A stretch of DNA of 63,206 nt, counting the filler, from Reticulomyxa filosa (Eukaryota > Protista > Foraminifera): the NCBI GenBank assembly GCA_000512085.1. It is 9 parts of 9 records of this genome, joined end to end, with 100 filler letters (N's around TTAATTAATTAA, not from the genome) between each part and the next. Parts side by side here need not be neighbours in the genome. Positions count along the whole stretch, not along the records: positions 14,309 to 28,185 come from ASPP01021550.1; positions 28,286 to 31,503 come from ASPP01003070.1; positions 31,604 to 50,460 come from ASPP01010529.1; 6 more parts are not named here. One strand, 5' to 3'. Made by a program: the position numbers and the translations under genes. Positions 25,270 through 37,297 of this stretch are shown here, piece after piece; position 1 is the stretch's first letter, and the number at the start of each line of letters is the position of its first letter. The notes under the pieces were generated by a model. It saw nothing but the letters and a program-made list of their open reading frames with translations, made no database searches and had not been told where the DNA came from.

Positions 25270-26508
25270 AAAAGAGGTCTTTATCATATGCATATTCTAG
25301 CATACATATAATATACTATACATATATGTATATATGTGTTATAAAACTCTTTGAAATCGGGCACAATAACCACCATCTACCTCTTGTATTTTCGGTCGTG
25401 GTATGGTGAAATTGGTTTCAAAGTCGTTGTGAATTTTGTTTTTTTGTGAGATGGACCATTTGTCTAACAGTTCGATTAAAGGCTTCCAGTTTTGTAAGAC
25501 GGAAGGTCGACACCCCGCCCATTTGTAAGCTTGCAGAAAGTCAATGGCGACGTCCAATACCATTTTATTTTGAAAGCTCACAGTCTTCTTTTCGCGGTTT
25601 GGATTTTCGGGGCCGTTTTGCAGTCCATTGGCCAAGGGCTTTTTGTCCAATACATTGATTGCCACTGCTCCTTCCGGGCATGCTTGACTCACATCTGCGT
25701 TATGGTCCAGCAATAATTCTACTATTCGCAATGTGTCGTCTGGCGGGTATTGATTGTATTTGTATAAGCACGCATGCAATGCTGTCCATCGATCGTCGGG
25801 GCACACTTTATCGGCATATATATGTATATATATATATAGTATGATCAAATATATATATATATATATATACATATATACATGTATATATGTATATGCATAT
25901 GTTTATATATGTTTATTAATGTTTGTTTGGTATCTATCTTGAGATACAATATAACGTAATCCTGTTTTTCACAGTGTTTGCATATAAGTTACCTAAATTG
26001 GCATGCACATATTTACGTCGCGATCCTGTCAGCAACAACTTCACCAATGCGTAGTCTCGATCATAAATTGCCTTGAAAAACTGTCGACGTGCTGATTCTG
26101 CTGTTAATTTGTCAATACGGCTTTCTCCATCCTGTTTATTGGTTGTTTTACTCTTTGATATACATATATATGTGCAATATTATATGTATCTGTGTATGTA
26201 CGTAGTTGTTTTTTTTTTTTTTGTTGCCCTCTCATCCTTTCGATCCTATCGTCCTCTTTTTTTTTTCTTGTTCTTTTTTAAAAGCTTTAGAAAGGAGCTG
26301 GAGGAAAAAAGGACACAAATATAGCTTTGCTCTGTCAGATACACTCATTTCTGCACATCACTGATAGTCCTCCCTTTCCCCTTTTACTTACCTGCTCTTC
26401 CAATAGCTTGTTCAACTGCTGCACAAAAACTTCTGCTTTTTCTGGGGACACTTTTTGCAAAATTTCTGATAGTGGTTGATTTTCAAAATTGGACTTTCTC
26501 TCTTGCAT
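24506..26508 (-). CDS. Ankyrin-repeat plus BTB/POZ (SPOP-like) domain protein, multi-exon
   Basis: ANK: WTALHACL..IVELLLDHNADVS. BTB: TDCTFVC..FGAHRAILMVSSPVFQAMF..IRIEDANPESVRLMLHYLYCG..LADKYAITDLK. BACK-like: LTAAHMYNATHLKKVSLNYVCANF. ATG at 26508. Confidence 0.88.
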
Positions 26509-27076
26509 TTTTGTAAATTTTATTTGACGATATGATGTGCAATAATATGCCTCCAGTAATGTGGAGTGTCACAATTAATTACGGAACTTTTATTTGCTTG
26601 AGAGTTTTCATCGTTTCCCGGTCCTTTTTTTCTTTTTATGTGAGCAGGTGTTTACCTGTACTTGCAATAAACGTATTATATCGAGAAAAAAATAGTTTAA
26701 AATTAGCAGGTATACGGAAAAATACAAACGGAAGTAAACCTTGCGTTTGTGCAAAGGAAAAGGACGAAATTTAGTAAGATATGTATATATTGTCAGAATC
26801 CGTATGGTTGTATGTGCCACCTTAATTATGCATGACTTCAAATGGTTCGAGTTGTGATCCAATGTATATGAATTATATGAAAAACTTCACAAATTTGATC
26901 AGTACACTTACTTTTCAACATTGAAATCTGTACTTAAACTTTGTTGAAAAGTTGTTCATTTAATGCATTTCCCTAAAAAAAACGGCTTTCCTTTTCTTTT
27001 TCACTTAAGATAAACAAGCAAAAAAAAAGCCAGCGGGCATATTTTGATTGTATGTTATGTCCGGTAAGGCATGACT

Positions 27077-28143
27077 TTATTGATCATAGTCCGAGTACTC
27101 GACGAAGGATATTTGAGCCGCTTTGCAATAGCGACTCACCAAATTTCGAATACCAGGGACATCAACCCAATTTTTATTGTCCATTTCTTCCAAAATTGCA
27201 CCACAGACAAACTATCACAAAAAAAAAAAAAAAACAAATAAACTTCAATGTATATTATTTATACAAATAAAAACTTAAAGAAGACAAACGAGCAAACAAA
27301 AACAAAAAAAACTGTTGCTTTGGGAAAGAATCTGGCCAAAGAGATCAATCCAATTCGACTTGCAATTAAGCAAATGAAGCAAATATTGGATTCTTTGACG
27401 TGATGATCCAGCAAGACATGTAAAGCCATGCGAGCTCGATTTCCAGTGCCAATCAACGAATCTGCAAGGATGACTCCTTTTTGAGCAATTTGAAAAGGCA
27501 ATTTTCGGAAATAAAAGCGTGGATTGTTGGGATCACTTTTCGCATTGATAATGTGAATTAAGCCAATTGTATCTTCCAAATTTAGATTTTGATTATTGTT
27601 ATTGTTATTGCTATTGCTATTGGAAGAAGTAGTAGTAGAGGAAGTGGTGACACTGTCTCCAGTTTCACTTTCCTTGTTTTGATCGGAATACAACGACAGA
27701 CTAACGGCTTTTTTCATTATCAATCCACCATTGGTTAGCAACACACCACAAAGTTTTTTTTGTTTGGTGTGGATTGGCTCCGTTTCCGTCGATTGTTTTT
27801 CCTCGTCTTTGTGTTGGTCCTTGTTGCCCGTGGTTGCATTCGAGTGCACGTCCGAATACGGATACAACATGCCGCCCAACTCGTCGTTATCCGAGGAAAT
27901 GGAAAACGGCCGAAGGGTGGATCGGGACGAAACGGAGGTGCAAACGTCGGGCCCGACCATGCGATGACTACTCATCGGAGACGACGGAATCGCCGATTTT
28001 GATGATTGCACCGATGATTTGTTCACCAACAGGTTCGTTGCTTTTTCTATTAGCTCCGCTGCCAATTCATTCACGCTCTTCACCAGCGTTTCGTCATTGC
28101 AATTTTCATCTTTCAATTGTGCGATTTGCTGTCTGTTCATCAC
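27077..28143 (-). CDS. Uracil phosphoribosyltransferase-like domain (UCKL1/URK-like), 5'-truncated
   Basis: KLCGVLLTNGGLIM, IGLIHII..PRFYFRKLP..VILADSLIGTGNRARMALHVLLDHHVKESNICFICLIASRIG..FPKAT|IVCGAI..VPGIRNLVSRY. Stop at 27077-27079. Confidence 0.82.
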
Positions 28144-28185
28144 ACATATGTTTCAACAAAAAAAAAAAAAAAGTGCACTTTTTTT

Positions 28186-28285
28186 NNNNNNNNNNNNNNN
28201 NNNNNNNNNNNNNNNNNNNNNNNNNNNNNTTAATTAATTAANNNNNNNNNNNNNNNNNNNNNNNNNNNNNNNNNNNNNNNNNNNN
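28186..28285. other. Artificial contig linker
   Basis: N44-TTAATTAATTAA-N44. Confidence 0.99.
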
Positions 28286-28432
28286 CGGGAGGTATTGATA
28301 TATGTATGTTAGATTATATTTTTTTTTTTCACTAGGCTTACTGCGATACGTTGTCAACTTTGCTGACTCGAAGACACCATTAACGGCGATTATGATGAGG
28401 ACAAGCATGTACTTGCGCTTAGAAGGGAATAA
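28286..28432 (+). CDS. Probable extreme 3' end of eukaryotic release factor 1 (eRF1)
   Basis: Removing intron 28292-28335 gives GGLLRYVVNFAD, matching the eRF1 C-terminal GIGGLLRY motif. An acidic tail LEDTINGDYDEDK follows in the -1 frame. Only a short stretch is visible. Confidence 0.55.
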
Positions 28433-28994
28433 CTCAACTGACACAAAAAGGGGCCAATGCTGTTGTCTTTTTAATTGTGTGAATTGTTTTTCATTTGTTT
28501 TATTTTGATTTATTATTTAAAATTTTGATATTTGCAAAATATGCAAACAAATTTATCAAAATTTGGTGCATTAATATTTTTTAAAAACATCATTATGCAT
28601 AAATATCCACATGACTGGTTTTGAGAGTTGCTTAAACACTATTTTCCCAATTTCACTTATTTTTTTGTTTTATTTTTGTCCATTGTTAAAAAAAAATCCA
28701 AAACAAAATTATAAGTTGAAATGTAGTATTCTTGTAAAAAGCACTGAACTTTCAACGTTCAATTTTAAACAAAAATCAAAGTTACCCTTGGATCATGAAT
28801 ATTTTATCCATAAAATTTATTTTTTGGGTATTTAAAACGCTATTGGATGAAATTTTGCAACAATGGCGCATCCAGAAGAGCCAACAAGTAAAGCACCTTA
28901 CATGATGGTTACCTTCCACAGTATGTTACTTGTGAAACAAAAGAAATATATTTTTGTTAAAAAAAAGTTCAAATTTAAACAAAAAAAAAATTGC

Positions 28995-29133
28995 TTAAAC
29001 CAACACCCACTTTGCGTTCTCGGCGAGATCGCATCGTGGGCTGTTGTTATTAAATAGGGAAATGGGAAAAGGGTGTTTAAACCAACACCCACTTTGCGTT
29101 CTCGGCGAGATCGCATCGTGGGCTGTTGTTATT
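28995..29133. repeat. Two identical 57-bp GC-rich hairpin units separated by a 25-bp G-rich spacer
   Basis: ttaaaccaacacccactttgcgttctcggcgagatcgcatcgtgggctgttgttatt at 28995-29051 and 29077-29133. Confidence 0.95.
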
Positions 29134-31337
29134 GTTTTTATTTAAAAATGAAAATAAATTAAATCATTTGAAAATAAAATTATTTTATGCGGCACTGAAG
29201 TGCCGTATAATATATTTTGATTTTCAAATGTTTTAATTTATTTTCATTTTTAAATAAAAACAATAACAACATATTTTTTTGCATTTTTTGTATTTTTTAA
29301 AAAATTGTAAAAATAATCAATTTGAATTTTACTTTTTTTTGTTAAAATATATTTGTTGAGCAATAGTGATAAAAATTGTTTTAGAAAATAGCAATTTATG
29401 ATGAACTTTTTTCTTTTTTTTGCGAATAAAAAGTTGAAAATAAAATGATAACAGTCATTTTTTTTTGTTGCCAATAATATTTTACACTGTTGTAGTTGTA
29501 TGCTTTTGGAACTTTTTGAGGAACATGTGTTGTTGTATAAGGTATTGTTGCTAGTAATCTAGTCAGAGCCCATTGTTGGGGAACTTTGCAAAGTGCTTTC
29601 GGTATGTTGTTTACTTATTTGATATTTTACTAATTTTTTTTTTGTTTAATAAACAGAGTTGTAATTCGCAAATTAATTGCACAATTTTCGTTTTTCATTT
29701 GTGCATGGCCAGAGGTCATTGCATTTAAAGTGCTGACGAATTCCCCTTGGTCGTTGAAAACGACTTTGAAAAATGAAAATTAATAATGAACTTAACTGAC
29801 ACAAAATTACAATCAAACCTTATTTTTAATTCACATCCGAAAAATCCCATAGCAACTAACGTTTTTTATTTTAACAAAAATGTTTGCTAAATGTTATAAA
29901 ATAAAAATTCAAATAAAGTCAGTTGCCATAACACTGTCGTTATTAAAATCAGAGAAGAAAAAACAAAAAGTGAATATCTCAATTACTCCTCAATAGAAGT
30001 TAACTATTAATTTTTTTTCTCACACAATAAGAAATTGTTACTAACTATGCAAACTTCGGTGCACAAATGCTGAAAGACTGGCTTATCATAGTGGGATCGG
30101 TTTAAGACAGAGGACAATTGGAGGCGTAAATGGCAGTGGTCAAAGCCAAATTGGTACAATTTGCCAAAGAAAAATCTGCTTTGTACTTGTTGGAACGCGC
30201 ACCAGCTCAAGAAGCGGGAAAACCAAATGAAATTAAGAAATCAGCAAAAGCAAGGTACAGTCAGATTAAGCCTAAAAATTGTCAAGATGTTTCGCTGTTC
30301 GTCATCATTGACGACATACAAACGACAAATAGTCAACACAATCCCTGTTTTGCAGATCAATCAATAATCTACAAGCAATCTGTACGAATTGTGCGTTTCA
30401 ACAATTTTTTTGTTTTGTTTTTCTCTAAGAAGATAAAATGCAGTTTTTTTCCTGATTCATATAATCTTTTTAATTTTTCAACGTAAAAAGAGACCAAATT
30501 TTTACTAATTGAAACACCATAAAAATATTTTTGTACAATTCCTAAACAACACAAAATCTACAACAAAAAAATCCACCTCAAATTTATTCTTTCAACGATC
30601 TTACTTAAGAAATATTGCATATTTACGCAATTTTTTTGCATTTAGTAAAATTCAGTTTTGGCCAAATTTGATTGTTGTAAACAAAAAGCAACACAAGTGT
30701 TAAACGAAGCAATTGACGAGATCAATGAAGATGAAATCAACTCAGAGATTATTAGGTCCAGTGGAGACTGAACATGGTATTGTGGGACATCGAAAATAGA
30801 ACTCTAAAAAGCGTGTACGCGGATTACACAAGTGGTATCATATGTGTGAACTTGAATTGTTTGTTAGCAGGTCCGCAAAATTTTGGATACTAGAAAAGGC
30901 GAACATACTGACGCAAATTTCACTGAACACGCTGCTGATGTTAACAGGTAAAATAAAAATAGAATTATCTCTAAATGAGGGGGAGACTATTTGTATGACT
31001 TGCCACACGATAGTTGTGTTTCATGTTTGAGCGTATCGGATGATGGATATGCATTGTTAGGATTTTAATTGCGAGTCTTTGCCAAATTTGCTGTTTTTTA
31101 TTTTGTGCTTTTAGAAGAAATGTTACAATGATTAAAAAAATTTTTGTTTTGAGTTTCAGCCGATGTGTCATTTGTGTAATGTGTTTTGTTTTCTCTCAGG
31201 TTGCCTCTTTTTTTTTGTAAGTACTGATCTCACACTCAAATGTTAGTGAGTGGAAAGAATATTAAAAAAGCTTCTTCATACATTTTTTTTTTGAACAAAA
31301 CTAAAAATCTTTTCAATTGATAAAATTAAAAATACAG

Positions 31338-31708
31338 TGATAATTGATTTTATCAATGAAAAATCAACATTTAGACCTAATTTTTTTTAAAAAAATATCT
31401 ACAAGTATTGTAGTTTTTAAATATGATATTGATTTTTTAATAACTTTTTTTTTTTGCTAAAATCAACATTCTTTCAAATGATTTTTGAAAATTCTGCGAG
31501 AATNNNNNNNNNNNNNNNNNNNNNNNNNNNNNNNNNNNNNNNNNNNNTTAATTAATTAANNNNNNNNNNNNNNNNNNNNNNNNNNNNNNNNNNNNNNNNN
31601 NNNTTATTAAAAATCAATATCATATTTAAAAACTACAATACTTGTAGATATTTAAAAAAAAAAAATTAGGTATAAATGTTGATTTTTCATTGATAAAATC
31701 AATTATCA
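31338..31708. repeat. About 105-bp repeat in inverted orientation at the end of contig D and the start of contig E
   Basis: 31338-31443 is nearly the reverse complement of 31604-31708. Confidence 0.9.
31504..31603. other. Artificial contig linker
   Basis: N44-TTAATTAATTAA-N44. Confidence 0.99.
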
Positions 31709-33808
31709 TCATAAGATATGTTTTATGCGTTCAGTTTTCTTTGCAACATATTGTAATTAAACAGTTCTTGCAAAAAATTAGTCACATTTACAACATTATT
31801 TCATAGTTTAAAAAATTAACTAGATAAAAAAATTTAAAAATGCTAAAAAGAATGAAAAATCGAAAAAGAAAATTTTTAATACATGCTGCGCCAAGGACAA
31901 AATATTTCTTTTTGATTTTTATTTTTTTGCATTTTTTTATTTTTTTCAATGCACAAAAAAAAATTAGCTGGTAATTTGTCTTTCCAAGTGGAAAAGAGAA
32001 TATCATGTCAAAATATACCAAAATGACCACTAATGTCAAACATAAAAATGGAAAAAAATAGAAGCAAACCAAGTCAGGACGTTGATCTAGTTTTTTTCTA
32101 TCGAGTGGTGAAATTCAGGTGAAATAACGTTGTTATTGACAAAGTAAGCTTTGATTGATATGTTTGCAATTTTTTTTTGTTTTGAGAATTTTTTGCATTT
32201 GCTTAAAGACAATTTGCATTAATTGTGATTGTACTTTTTGAGAATTTTTAAATAAATGCTTCATCTGATTATTAACTAATAGCTTTTCTTGGTAATTAAT
32301 ATTATAAATCAAAGACTTAATTTTGCGTTTAGTGTTATTATTGAATGTATTCAATTTGGTGTTAAGTGCATTATTTTTGCATTGATCTGTTGAAGTTAAT
32401 AACAACAATGTAGATTTCTTTTGACGAAGAATCCAACTTGATAACGCTTTTTAATTTAGTTTAATCAACGATTTGTTAAAAGAGCTCAACCTTCCACATG
32501 TGGTCAAGCTAGATTTATTGAATAAAAAGCATTAAAGACTAGACGTATGATAAATAGATTTTTTTACAGATCAACATATTAACTAACATTAAAGACAGCA
32601 TATATATCTTCACATAAGACTTCAAAGTAATGTTTTCATCAATAGACTGAATATGATTGTGTTGATTAAAATTGATTCCAAAACACCTTTGACACATACA
32701 ATATATTATGGTATTTTAACTAATATGTGTTACATACATGTGTTATTATCAATATTCTCATTGTTTCTCCAAATGTACAATAATTTGTTCACGAGCATAT
32801 CCTATTTGTAAGAGTAATATTTTCATAAATCAAATCCAAGCTAAACTTTTATATTGACTTACAAAACTCAATAACTTACATTAAATCGCGTCCATTAAAA
32901 TCAACATATGCTAACAATTACGACACAAATTAGTCTAACTACAAGTGACAAAGCAACTTTCAAAATTATTTTAAAAAGCTTAGTCTCGCTAATTATTGTA
33001 CATGCTTCAATATTCATATCACGTCATGCACATCAAATGTTACATAAGTTTCCAAAACGATATAATTATTGTATTTGAGTTATACACAATTTTTTTGTTT
33101 GGACATGTAATAGCCCCTTGAACGTAGCCATCCAGTACGTATTTGAATTGGTTGATTATTCGATCAATTTTGAAGTGATTGTATACAAACACTTAACATT
33201 TGCAACATACAATCTTCGAATTGACGGCAAAAACATGGTGGGGATTGAGTCTATTTTAAATGAAGACACTTTTAATATTCTGTCGGCATTACTTACAAGT
33301 TTATCTCCTTAGACAAGCTAATCTTGGTGTTTGCTTTTCATTTCGATGTTATTCATGTGCTCCTTTTTTTTAGTCTTTTTAAGATTCGTCAAAAGAAAGA
33401 CTCTTGAAGACAAGAGAATCGAAGCAAATTTTTTCCGTTCAGTCAAAGAGTATTTAAAAAATTCCTAAAATAATTTTTTTGGAATTTGGGCTATCTGATC
33501 TATATAACAAGCATTGAAAGAGCAAAATAAAAACACAAAAAATAAATTAAGCCTAAAATGTGGACCACAAAAAAGAAAATCATCACAAACGTTTACCAAA
33601 AAAAGAATGAATGAAATGAACATGTACAAACTTAAAATAGTTTTTAGCAAAGTTACAAAAGAAATAAAAAATTAAAAAAAAATAATAAAAGTAGTGTATG
33701 TAGCAAAAAGGTATTGCGTAATAAGGCAAGGAAAGGGTCAATAAGCCCGATTAGAAATTAAACTGTGAAAGATAAAAAAAATAAAAAGAAAAGAAAAAAA
33801 AGATAAAT

Positions 33809-35920
33809 TCACAAATTAGTAATCTCTCCTGAATTACTAATGTTACGTTTATGAACAGTGCTCAGTTTGCTGGGATGAAGATCACTTTCTTCTAGCGGAA
33901 CGATAAGAGTATCGCAAAACCGTTGCTCGGAACCAGAATCATCAGCGTATTGATAGGCATAACTTCTGCTTTTTTCTCGTGAAAGAATGCTGTCCTCATT
34001 CTGGACTTCTTGTTGTTTAATTCGTTCTTGACGCGCTCTGCGCAGATCCGCACTGGTCCATTTTCTTCGCAGTGTCTGGGTGGTCTCAACAGCATTGGAA
34101 CGTTCTTGGCACTGCGTTCGTGGTAGCAAGGTAGTGAGTTGTTGCGAGAGATTTTGTTCTTTTGTCTCCTTGCTTTTACATGCTACCAGTGCATCGCCTT
34201 GAGTACGGTTACGGCGGCCACTCTTAATAATCTTTTTTGAATTGCTGTCTTCTTCTTTTGTTGACAATTTTGGGAGTGAACGAGTCACGATGATGTCCCC
34301 TTTTTTTACGGGAACGTGATGTTGGACATCATCAGATGATCTAGGGTGGATGAGTGGAACCTTTGTTGGATATTGATCTTCTTTGAGATATGCTTGCGTA
34401 GTGTTGGCAATATCAAGCGAGTGGTTTTGAATACCATTGGCTGGTGCAAAAGTGCTTCTTTCTCTGTTTGTCAATAACTGTCGATCTGACGAAGTTGACA
34501 TAGTTTTTTTCTCACCTGCAGCTTGTTGTTCTTGATGTGGAGCATGGGCCATTGTCTTTGCACATTGGTCCCCGCAGTCAATGGAACCTTGGCTGCAACT
34601 AGGACGGCGACTTTGCGTCGGGGAAATAGCGTGCCGCTTACGTAGATTGCTTCCGCTGCTGGTGCAGTAATTGGTTGCATACTCTTTCAATAGCTCGCTG
34701 CCCTTACTTCCGCTAGTGCTGTTGTCAGTGTCAGTATCCATGTCACTGTAGCGATTGGAATTTCGGGTGTGAATGCAATTGCTTGTTGATGAGTGTGTTT
34801 TGGGTTGTTGCTTTTTCTTTTTTTTATACGTGCCGATATTCAAACCATTTTTTTCGTCACTTTTCGCGTGCAAAATATTTTCGCAATTCATGTCCGACTT
34901 TGCGTTTGCCATTTTTTGCACTTTTTTGTTGCAAGCTGATCTTAGCCATGTGCTCGACTCTCGTATGTTTTCAAAGTTGCGATATCTCCTTTCGTGTGAA
35001 CTGTCCATTATCTGCAATATAAACTCACGTGCTTGTGGAGATATGTCTTTACAATTCCGAACCGACCTAGTGAATTTTTTTTTTTTTTTTATACGTGGAG
35101 AGAAAAAAAAAATGTATAAATTAAAGAAATAAATGTAATGATGTAAAACTAAACTCAAGTGATGTTGGAATATATCCTTGAAACATGACAAAAGCCAGCA
35201 CGCCAATGTGATAAACATCGCATGCTTTCAACTGTGTCCCAGTGAATTGGAGTGGTTGGGCAGTGGCATAACGCAAATCTGGTGGCAAACATCCCAGGGA
35301 ATTACAGTTCCGGTGTTGATGAAAGAGTCGATGATCGGCGTCGCGAGAAGAATAGCGACTGTTATCATCAGCATAACACAAAGGACTGGAGTCATTCCAA
35401 ACAATCTCACCTTTTTGTGTAACGAGAAACGAATCGGAGTGCATTTGCATAAGGACGGTTTGAAATGCATGCAAGCTGGCCACCAAACTCATCAGTTGCC
35501 GGAGGATGGCAATAATCTTGTCTTCTGATAATTGTTTATCATTGCAACCCACATGGTCGTGCAAATACATGTCTAACGACTTGGCCGTGCTCAGGTCCAT
35601 GTCACTACGTTTTCATTACGATGATGGAACACCATATAGAAATCGCTGTTCTGCTCTTCAAACGAAAGGGTAATGTGGGAACTATCACTCTGTTTCTTTT
35701 TATACTTTGTTTGTTGCTGCAATAATACGGTGAAATGTTCATACAATATTTTACTATTTTGATTGGTTGAAGAATTTATTATTTGTTTTTTAATACAATC
35801 GCTTTTCTTCCATTCTTGTCCGCTTTCGTCATCCAAATGCTCTTTTTTTTTTGCTGATAGTGAGGGCGATTCTTTGTTTTCTTCTTCACATTCGCGTTTG
35901 CCTCTTTCCATATTCTGAAA
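33809..35920 (-). CDS. Protein kinase-like (CAMK-like fold) pseudokinase with a long disordered C-terminus
   Basis: Subdomain pattern FEEQNSDFYMVF..LSEDKIIAILRQLMSLVASLH..SFLV..LPPDL..KACDVYHIGVLAFVMFQGYIP..ISPQAREFILQIM...RRY, but HRD, DFG and APE are absent. One frameshift near 35612 in a short A run; start uncertain. Confidence 0.65.
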
Positions 35921-37297
35921 TGCTTTCACTTTCTCGCTTTTCTTTTTTTTCAACCACTTTTTTATTTTTTTTTCGCATTTGGTTTTTCCATTGTCAATTT
36001 CGTTACCCCCGCATAACACTAATGTCACACAATTTTTTTGTGGGTGTATGTTTTTTTTTTGCTGTGTTCCAAGGAGGGAACACACGTTTTTGGGTACAAT
36101 TGTTTTAATACAGAGAAAAAACTTACTTCGGCGCAAAAATGACGACATCACTGAACCGAGGAGATGTTTATTGTTTGTATATTTACGTTTCTTTGAGCTT
36201 TCGCTCTTTCAAATAATTCTGCAAGGAGACACCGCAAAACAACTCAAAACTTTCCACGAATAATTCCTACTTGGATTTACAATTTGCTTTGAGGATTCCC
36301 TCTAGAAGGTGTATTTAGTGCATATTCCACTTTTTAATAGTATCTGTTCAATCCGGATAAGAACAATAGAACCAATCAATATAAATAGATTAAGATATAT
36401 TTCGCAGTATGAAATTACATTCGTGCGAATATTTCATATTCTAATTTTTTGTTTTGATAAAAGATTTGTGTAACAAAAGAGCTCCTAGTTCTGAATTACA
36501 ACAAGCTAAAATTTTTATAATGATAGATTTTGAAGATGTCAAAGATAAGTTGCCTATGTCCACCGATATAATTAATTATTATTGTTGTCTTCTTTGCTGT
36601 TATTGCGTTTGTTTTTATCTTATCTTTGTGTAAGAGCTGTTGCTGCGGAAAGAGACTGCACTAAATGTAATACGAAAAGTGATAAACTCTTTCTAGCAGA
36701 TTTTCAACAACTCAAAGTAATTTAAATAAAGAAAGAAATGGCAAAACAATAACGAAAGAGTAAAAAGAAAAACACAAGAAAGGTTGTGAAGAGTGGGGAA
36801 AGTTTAACCCACCGGGGGCTCATCAGCCCCTTTTACTTTACAGGAGCTTCTCCTACATTTGCTGTATTGAACTCATTGGCAAAATAAAATCGATTAATAT
36901 TTTTTTTGGACACAATTATTGTATCGAAAACTCGCAATTGTCATTGTTTCTTTTTAATAGTTTATTTTTATCACATTTTATATCTTTTACATATGACTGG
37001 TAGGTAAATCATAACTTTAACTAAATTTCCTTATAACGTTGCATGGGATAAAAAAAATCTTGTGTATAAATGAGTTATTCAAATAACATTCGAAAAGTTT
37101 ATCTCTTACATTATCAAAAAGTATAAGCGTAGATATGGTTTATCCGTTGATTAACACTTGTAAAAAGTGTTTTGAAACGAAATATTCATAAAGCGTTGCC
37201 CCCCAGAATTAATTGAACCTGTCAATATCTTGACCTTGAAAGTTTTATTGGAAGTAAATAATAATAATATTGAACATTTGTAATAGTACAAAAAAAA

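Noticed and set aside
28349-28432. Selenoprotein-like C-x-x-C-TGA frame (RCQLC*LEDT)
   Set aside because: The overlapping GGLLRY frame is better explained as eRF1, and no SECIS core is recognisable; the duplicated hairpin lacks the AUGA/GA quartet.
28995-29133. CRISPR-like repeat-spacer-repeat
   Set aside because: Only two units, a 57-bp repeat with a low-complexity spacer, no cas genes, and a eukaryotic intron-containing context.
28863-31030. Possible exons in contig D (MAHPEEPTSKAP.., ORF 30130-30486)
   Set aside because: No consistent splice model or recognisable domain could be built.
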